In this document: piece by piece, positions 59,791 through 64,000 of the stretch | Numbering within the stretch: the stretch's first letter is position 1 | Layout of the letters: every line of letters begins with the position of its first letter | Position numbers and translations under genes: made by a program | The notes under the pieces: generated by a model | What the model saw: only the letters and a program-made list of their open reading frames with translations | What the model was told of the DNA's origin: nothing | Database searches by the model: none | NCBI GenBank assembly: GCA_964444125.1 | Contig: CAYUFB010000002.1 | Location: 9,075 to 73,074 of the forward strand | DNA length: 64,000 bases | Reading direction: 5' to 3' | Origin: an uncultured Candidatus Saccharibacteria bacterium | GTDB lineage: Bacteria; Patescibacteriota; Dojkabacteria; B142; JAFGMG01

Positions 59791-60535
59791 ATATACAAAA
59801 ATATTAAGCTTTATCACCGTACTAGTTGCGGGTTATTTTTTGTTTGTTACTGGCGTTCAGGCACAGAATTTTTCTGAATGTATTAGGGATAAAACAGTTA
59901 ATCAAACTGGTTATGTCTGCAGTTTGTGTGGTGATTCTGCCATAGATGCCGAAAGGGAATCAAATTGTGATAAACGTGTAATTGAAGGATATAAATGGGA
60001 TGCAAGTACCTGTAGTTGTATAAACACAAAGAGTAGTTGTTCTGGGATTTCTGAAAATGTTCAAAAGAGTCGCAAAGTTCAATGTTTTGCCAATGGGAAT
60101 ATGTGGAATTATTCAAGTTGTGAATGTATAAATAGTCAAACAGCAATGCCAATTGTTATGTCGCCTACCGTTGATAATGGATTAGGTAATGGATTGGACG
60201 ATACTACTAATAGTATCATCGGTATTTTTGATCGGGTCTTTTTCAAGACTAATTTCGATGGATCTGTCGACAACGTCTCTGAACTTATCAGAATGGCGTT
60301 TATTATTATTTTCATGATTATTGCTATTGTGGCATTTTTCTTAGGTATTTATGGAATGTATCTCTATAGTACAGCATTTGATGATGACGAGAAGGTTTCC
60401 AAAGCACAGAAGATTTTCAAAGATGCTTTGATTGGACTATTTATTGCTATTGCAGGTATTGTGCTTGTGCAGGTAGTCGCGATATTTTTGGGAGTAGATA
60501 GTGCTGATCTTTTTACTTTTAATGTAAGCAATTAA
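59780..60535 (+). CDS. Array member C (251 aa): signal peptide, Cys-rich ectodomain (12 Cys), and a C-terminal two-helix hairpin.
   Basis: AAGGAG ribosome-binding site inside the end of B. Hairpin IIFMIIAIVAFFLGIYGMYLYS-TAFDDDEKVSKAQKIFKD-ALIGLFIAIAGIVLVQVVAIF. Confidence 0.6.
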   Translation: MLSKYTKILSFITVLVAGYFLFVTGVQAQNFSECIRDKTVNQTGYVCSLCGDSAIDAERESNCDKRVIEGYKWDASTCSCINTKSSCSGISENVQKSRKVQCFANGNMWNYSSCECINSQTAMPIVMSPTVDNGLGNGLDDTTNSIIGIFDRVFFKTNFDGSVDNVSELIRMAFIIIFMIIAIVAFFLGIYGMYLYSTAFDDDEKVSKAQKIFKDALIGLFIAIAGIVLVQVVAIFLGVDSADLFTFNVSN

Positions 60536-60545
60536 AATAGAATTT

Positions 60546-61127
60546 ATGAAGAAAATTTTTTTCATTTTCGCAATAATTTTTATTTCTCTTGGCTCGTTGG
60601 GGCAGGTATTTGCACAGACTCAAGAGGAGGTTCAAGAAAATGGGGTTAATATTCAAGTTGGAGAGAATACCTTAAATCTAGATATCTTTGACCCAACGGG
60701 AGGTTGGGGGAATGTAGGAATTCTTGCACTATTGGGTTTGATTGGACAATTAATTTTTGGTTTACTTGTAGTCGTTTGGATATTTATAGCTTTGCTATCT
60801 GGTTTGAAAATAGTAAGAAGTCAGGGCAAAGCAGAAGATATTGAATCTGGCACTGGAGCTATAGGCAATATGCTTAAAGGTATTACGTTTGGTCTCCTGT
60901 TTTTTGTAGCAGTGTCTGTTATTGGTATGATCACGGGTGCCGGCACTGTCTTTGAATGGTCTGATAATTTGCAGGAATGCTCATGTGAAGCATCAGTTGA
61001 AGGAACTCCTTGTTATACATATAAATTCCAGGCTGAGGCCAGTGTGGAAGAAGAAACTGTTTGGGCATGTGAGAGAGATCAGCATGGCTCAAAATTCGGC
61101 AAAGGATGGTTTTCTAGTTTGGATTGA
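60546..61127 (+). CDS. Array member D (193 aa): signal peptide, two-helix hairpin, and a C-terminal Cys-containing domain.
   Basis: GILALLGLIGQLIFGLLVVVWIFIALL-SGLKIVRSQGKAEDIESGTGAIGNMLKG-ITFGLLFFVAVSVIGMI. Confidence 0.6.
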   Translation: MKKIFFIFAIIFISLGSLGQVFAQTQEEVQENGVNIQVGENTLNLDIFDPTGGWGNVGILALLGLIGQLIFGLLVVVWIFIALLSGLKIVRSQGKAEDIESGTGAIGNMLKGITFGLLFFVAVSVIGMITGAGTVFEWSDNLQECSCEASVEGTPCYTYKFQAEASVEEETVWACERDQHGSKFGKGWFSSLD

Positions 61128-61179
61128 CTTTTGTTTGTTAAATCGTTATCCTGATTTTATATATTAATTTAAATTCAAA

Positions 61180-61731
61180 ATGAAAAAGTACCTTACAAAA
61201 GGAGCTTTGGTGTTAGTAGTTTCGTATTCGTTCGCTAATGTGGCATATGCACAAAGTCTTCTACCTGCATTTATGGATGAGTTTTTAAATGATTGGAATA
61301 ATACAAATTCTGTCGATAAGATTAGTGGATTTATCAGGCTTGCTTTGACACTTGCATTTGGTGTTGTAATCCTTGCTGCTGTAGCATATTCTATTATGGC
61401 TGCTATCAAATACATCAAGAGTCAAGGAGATGCTGGTCAAGTGGAAGAAGCGAACAAAGCTATCAAAGCAATATTTCAAGGAGTTGTAGCTATGTTTGTA
61501 GGTATTATTGGGGTTGTTTTGGTATTCTTCATATTCAATGTCGCTCTTCCAGATCCAAGTATACCTTCTATTTGTGTGAAATGTCCAGAAAGTAATACTT
61601 GTAGGGTTTGTAGTGAAGGTAAACAAGAAAAGGGTGGAACGGATTATGTTTTGTCGGGTAATCCAAAATCGCCAGCAACAGAAGATGAGTGTAATCCAAA
61701 AACAGATACTATAGATTGTGAAGATTATTAA
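61180..61731 (+). CDS. Array member E (183 aa): signal peptide, two-helix hairpin, and a C-terminal Cys-rich domain (10 Cys).
   Basis: LALTLAFGVVILAAVAYSIMAAI-KYIKSQGDAGQVEEANKAIKAI-FQGVVAMFVGIIGVVLVFFIF, then CVKCPESNTCRVCSEG. Confidence 0.6.
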   Translation: MKKYLTKGALVLVVSYSFANVAYAQSLLPAFMDEFLNDWNNTNSVDKISGFIRLALTLAFGVVILAAVAYSIMAAIKYIKSQGDAGQVEEANKAIKAIFQGVVAMFVGIIGVVLVFFIFNVALPDPSIPSICVKCPESNTCRVCSEGKQEKGGTDYVLSGNPKSPATEDECNPKTDTIDCEDY

Positions 61732-61761
61732 TTGTTTTGCTGGGTTAATTAAAGATAATAG

Positions 61762-62805
61762 GTGAAAGCAATTTTATCGGTTCGTTTTATAATCATATTT
61801 TTGTTAATTGCCTTCTTGCTGGTAGGTTCGGTTTTTGCTCAATTTGGCTCTGGCGATGAACCTGCCAGGCTTCGTGACCTTGAGCCTCTTTTGGTGCAAC
61901 TGATTTATGTGATATGGGCACTTGGTGGGATAATATTTACAGCTGCGTTGATGTTTATAGGGTTTCTCTACATGACAAGTGCTGGAGATCCTCAAAAACA
62001 AGAGGCTTTGAAGAAACGCGCGACAAATTGGCTTTTTGGACTGATTCTGTTTTTCGCGGGATACCCATTGGTGTTGACTGCGTACAATGTTTTAGATATA
62101 GGTCAATCAAATCCGGATTGTTATAAATCAGTTTCAACTCCTGGGTTTCATTTTTTCTTCCCCGATGTATGTACTGATCCACTAGAGGGAACAGAGTTTC
62201 TTGTTGGTCAAACGGTTCAGAAAGCAAATTTAACTGAAGAAGAATTTATACAGAAACTTATAGATGGAAAAAGATGTGTCTTAAATGATAAATATGCTCC
62301 CGTAGAAAGCTATATATTTTCAAAAGATGATTATAAATTGTATAAGTACAAAATGGAAAGCAATGGGAATTGCTTGAAATATGATATTGTAGTACGTAAT
62401 TCAGTAGATATGAGGAATAGAGAGTATTTATATGTTTTCAGAGATGGTAAAATATTTGAGGAAGATGGGACATTCTATGTTTACGGAGGCAACTGTAGTA
62501 ATGATGGTATAAAAAACACGGGCAGGCAAGATATGTGTTGTTTGGGTGATCAGGGAAAACATTTCGTTGTTCCTTCCAGGACAGCTTCTGAAAATGATGA
62601 GCAGGGAGGATCCAAACGTCAGTATGTCAGAATGCTTGATGGGACAATAACATATTTTTGGTATGATGCAAAAGGAAATGATATTGGTGCGTGTGATTGT
62701 GAAAGGGATGGAAATACAACTGGGAGTGGTACTACTTGTAAATCTTTTTCAGGTGTAAGAGTATCTTTAGATTTATCTAATATCAGTGGGGTCCAAGTCC
62801 CATAG
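61762..62805 (+). CDS. Array member F (347 aa): signal peptide, two-helix hairpin with a TSAGDPQKQE loop, and a large C-terminal Cys-rich ectodomain.
   Basis: LIYVIWALGGIIFTAALMFIGFLYM-TSAGDPQKQEALKKRATNW-LFGLILFFAGYPLVLTAY. At least 12 Cys lie downstream. Confidence 0.6.
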   Translation: MKAILSVRFIIIFLLIAFLLVGSVFAQFGSGDEPARLRDLEPLLVQLIYVIWALGGIIFTAALMFIGFLYMTSAGDPQKQEALKKRATNWLFGLILFFAGYPLVLTAYNVLDIGQSNPDCYKSVSTPGFHFFFPDVCTDPLEGTEFLVGQTVQKANLTEEEFIQKLIDGKRCVLNDKYAPVESYIFSKDDYKLYKYKMESNGNCLKYDIVVRNSVDMRNREYLYVFRDGKIFEEDGTFYVYGGNCSNDGIKNTGRQDMCCLGDQGKHFVVPSRTASENDEQGGSKRQYVRMLDGTITYFWYDAKGNDIGACDCERDGNTTGSGTTCKSFSGVRVSLDLSNISGVQVP

Positions 62806-62828
62806 TATCGTATATATGATTAAACATT

Positions 62829-63950
62829 ATGCTCAAACTACTACACATCTCAGACATACATCTTGAAGCGAAGTTTGGTTTCCTTGGTGACAAAGCTAGT
62901 CAGGCAAGGGGTGCAATAGTGAAAGCTTTTGAGAGATCTATTGATGAAGCAATTTCTAATAATGTACATTTTCTGATAATTTCTGGAGATCTATTTGACA
63001 CTCCGTATCCATCTCAGACAGCAATCGATATTGTCAAAAAAGGTATCAAGAAACTTGAAGAGAAGGGCATTTATACAGTAATTATCCCAGGCAATCATGA
63101 TTATCTTGCAGCAGGATCTGTATATTTATCTCCTGAATTTTCAGAGGGATTGAATAAATTGATATTGTTTAACAATCCGAAAGAAATTAGAAGAGATATC
63201 GTAGATTTAAATTTAAGTCTATATGCAAAGCCAAACGATACTTCCAAAAGTCTTAAATCTCCTATTGTATCAAATGATGAAGTAGAGCAGAGTAAGAATG
63301 AATTTGATGCCCAATACAAAATTTGCATTGCGCATGGATCTTATGAAATGGGAAATGGAGAGATGAATTATCCTATAAAGAAAGAAGATATTGCAAATTC
63401 AAAGTTTGACTATATAGCACTTGGTGATTGGCATGGGACTAAGGATGTAAGCCATCAAGATCACAAAGCTTTTTATCCTGGATCACTTGAGCCACTTGCC
63501 ATAGATCAAAAATCGAGCGGTAAAGCATTATTGGTGACAGTTGAGAAGACAACTACTGTAGAAGAAATACAAATTGGCAAAATTAATTGTGAAAAACTTG
63601 AGATTGACATAACTCAGGCAGAAAATATTATTTCAATAATAGAAAAGAACTTAGATAATTTGATTGACCACAATAAAAATTATATGATCCAGGTCGATTT
63701 GATAGGCGATAGAGATCTTCAGACAAGATTTGAATTCGAAAAAATAATTGAATATTTCGAAGAAAAGTATTTCTTCATTAAATTTAATGATAAGACAAAA
63801 CTGAAATTAACAGATTTGGATCTTGCAAATTATCCTGACTATACAATAATTGGCAAGTTTATTCAGAATTTGCGCAAAAGGGATGATGTAGACTCTGGTC
63901 TAATAGACCAGGCGATTCACAAGGGAGTCAATCTGCTTGATAGAGAGTAG
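62829..63950 (+). CDS. sbcD: SbcD/Mre11-family DNA repair exonuclease (metallophosphoesterase).
   Basis: HISDIHLE, SGDLFD, GNHD and a GDWHG-type His motif. Confidence 0.8.
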   Translation: MLKLLHISDIHLEAKFGFLGDKASQARGAIVKAFERSIDEAISNNVHFLIISGDLFDTPYPSQTAIDIVKKGIKKLEEKGIYTVIIPGNHDYLAAGSVYLSPEFSEGLNKLILFNNPKEIRRDIVDLNLSLYAKPNDTSKSLKSPIVSNDEVEQSKNEFDAQYKICIAHGSYEMGNGEMNYPIKKEDIANSKFDYIALGDWHGTKDVSHQDHKAFYPGSLEPLAIDQKSSGKALLVTVEKTTTVEEIQIGKINCEKLEIDITQAENIISIIEKNLDNLIDHNKNYMIQVDLIGDRDLQTRFEFEKIIEYFEEKYFFIKFNDKTKLKLTDLDLANYPDYTIIGKFIQNLRKRDDVDSGLIDQAIHKGVNLLDRE

Positions 63951-64000
63951 TTTCCCTTGCTACTAAATAAATCTCCAATTTGCTAAAATGAATCCATGAA

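Noticed and set aside
1-64000. Alternative genetic code (UGA=Gly, as in some CPR lineages).
   Set aside because: Conserved genes (dnaA, pyrG, ftsZ, rpoD) give full-length products with TGA, TAA and TAG all acting as stops. The in-frame stops I report are TAA or TAG, not TGA.
1-64000. CRISPR arrays, tRNA and rRNA genes.
   Set aside because: No regularly spaced direct repeats were found. No intergenic region has the GC-rich cloverleaf-like composition expected of a tRNA in this AT-rich genome. No rRNA-like conserved stretches were found.

Overview
This window is a low-GC, gene-dense stretch of bacterial chromosome read with the standard code (TAA, TAG and TGA all stop). It starts at the replication-origin region: DnaA boxes, then dnaA (207-1595) and dnaN (1713-2840). 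Most of it is housekeeping: uvrD/pcrA, argS, pyrG, dnaG, tsaD, a TsaC-TsaE fusion, hup, ymdB, def, comM, hsp20, ftsK, trmD, rpsO, a partial division cluster ftsQ-ftsA-ftsZ, and rpoD. The envelope genes look monoderm, Gram-positive or CPR/Patescibacteria-like: two sortases, two FemAB-family transferases, a MurF-like ligase with an N-terminal polytopic membrane domain, a GH18 hydrolase, EamA (DMT) and MFS transporters, and a transglutaminase-like surface protein.

The most unusual locus is at 55287-62805. A small membrane protein and a membrane-anchored ClpC/ClpB-like double-AAA+ ATPase are translationally coupled to a tandem array of six paralogous secreted proteins. Each carries the same two-helix VirB2/TrbC-like membrane hairpin, fused to a different ectodomain, most of them Cys-rich. 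One member is a bare 122-aa pilin-like subunit. A seventh, decayed copy with in-frame TAA and TAG stops sits between ftsQ and ftsA (46722-47663). It shares a roughly 380-nt near-identical segment with the first array gene.

Other items worth a second look:
- A carboxypeptidase-regulatory-domain surface protein split by an A8 homopolymer frameshift.
- An EamA transporter broken by an in-frame TAA inside its conserved C-terminal motif.
- A CIRCE-like HrcA operator placed just downstream of a near-consensus sigma-70 promoter in front of hsp20.
- A perfect 11-bp palindrome over the -35 element of the rpsO promoter.
- A tandem pair of catalytically degenerate NrnA-like DHH proteins next to an orphan OmpR-type response regulator.
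- An AbiEii-like nucleotidyltransferase with a small partner ORF.

No rRNA genes, tRNA genes or CRISPR arrays were recognised.
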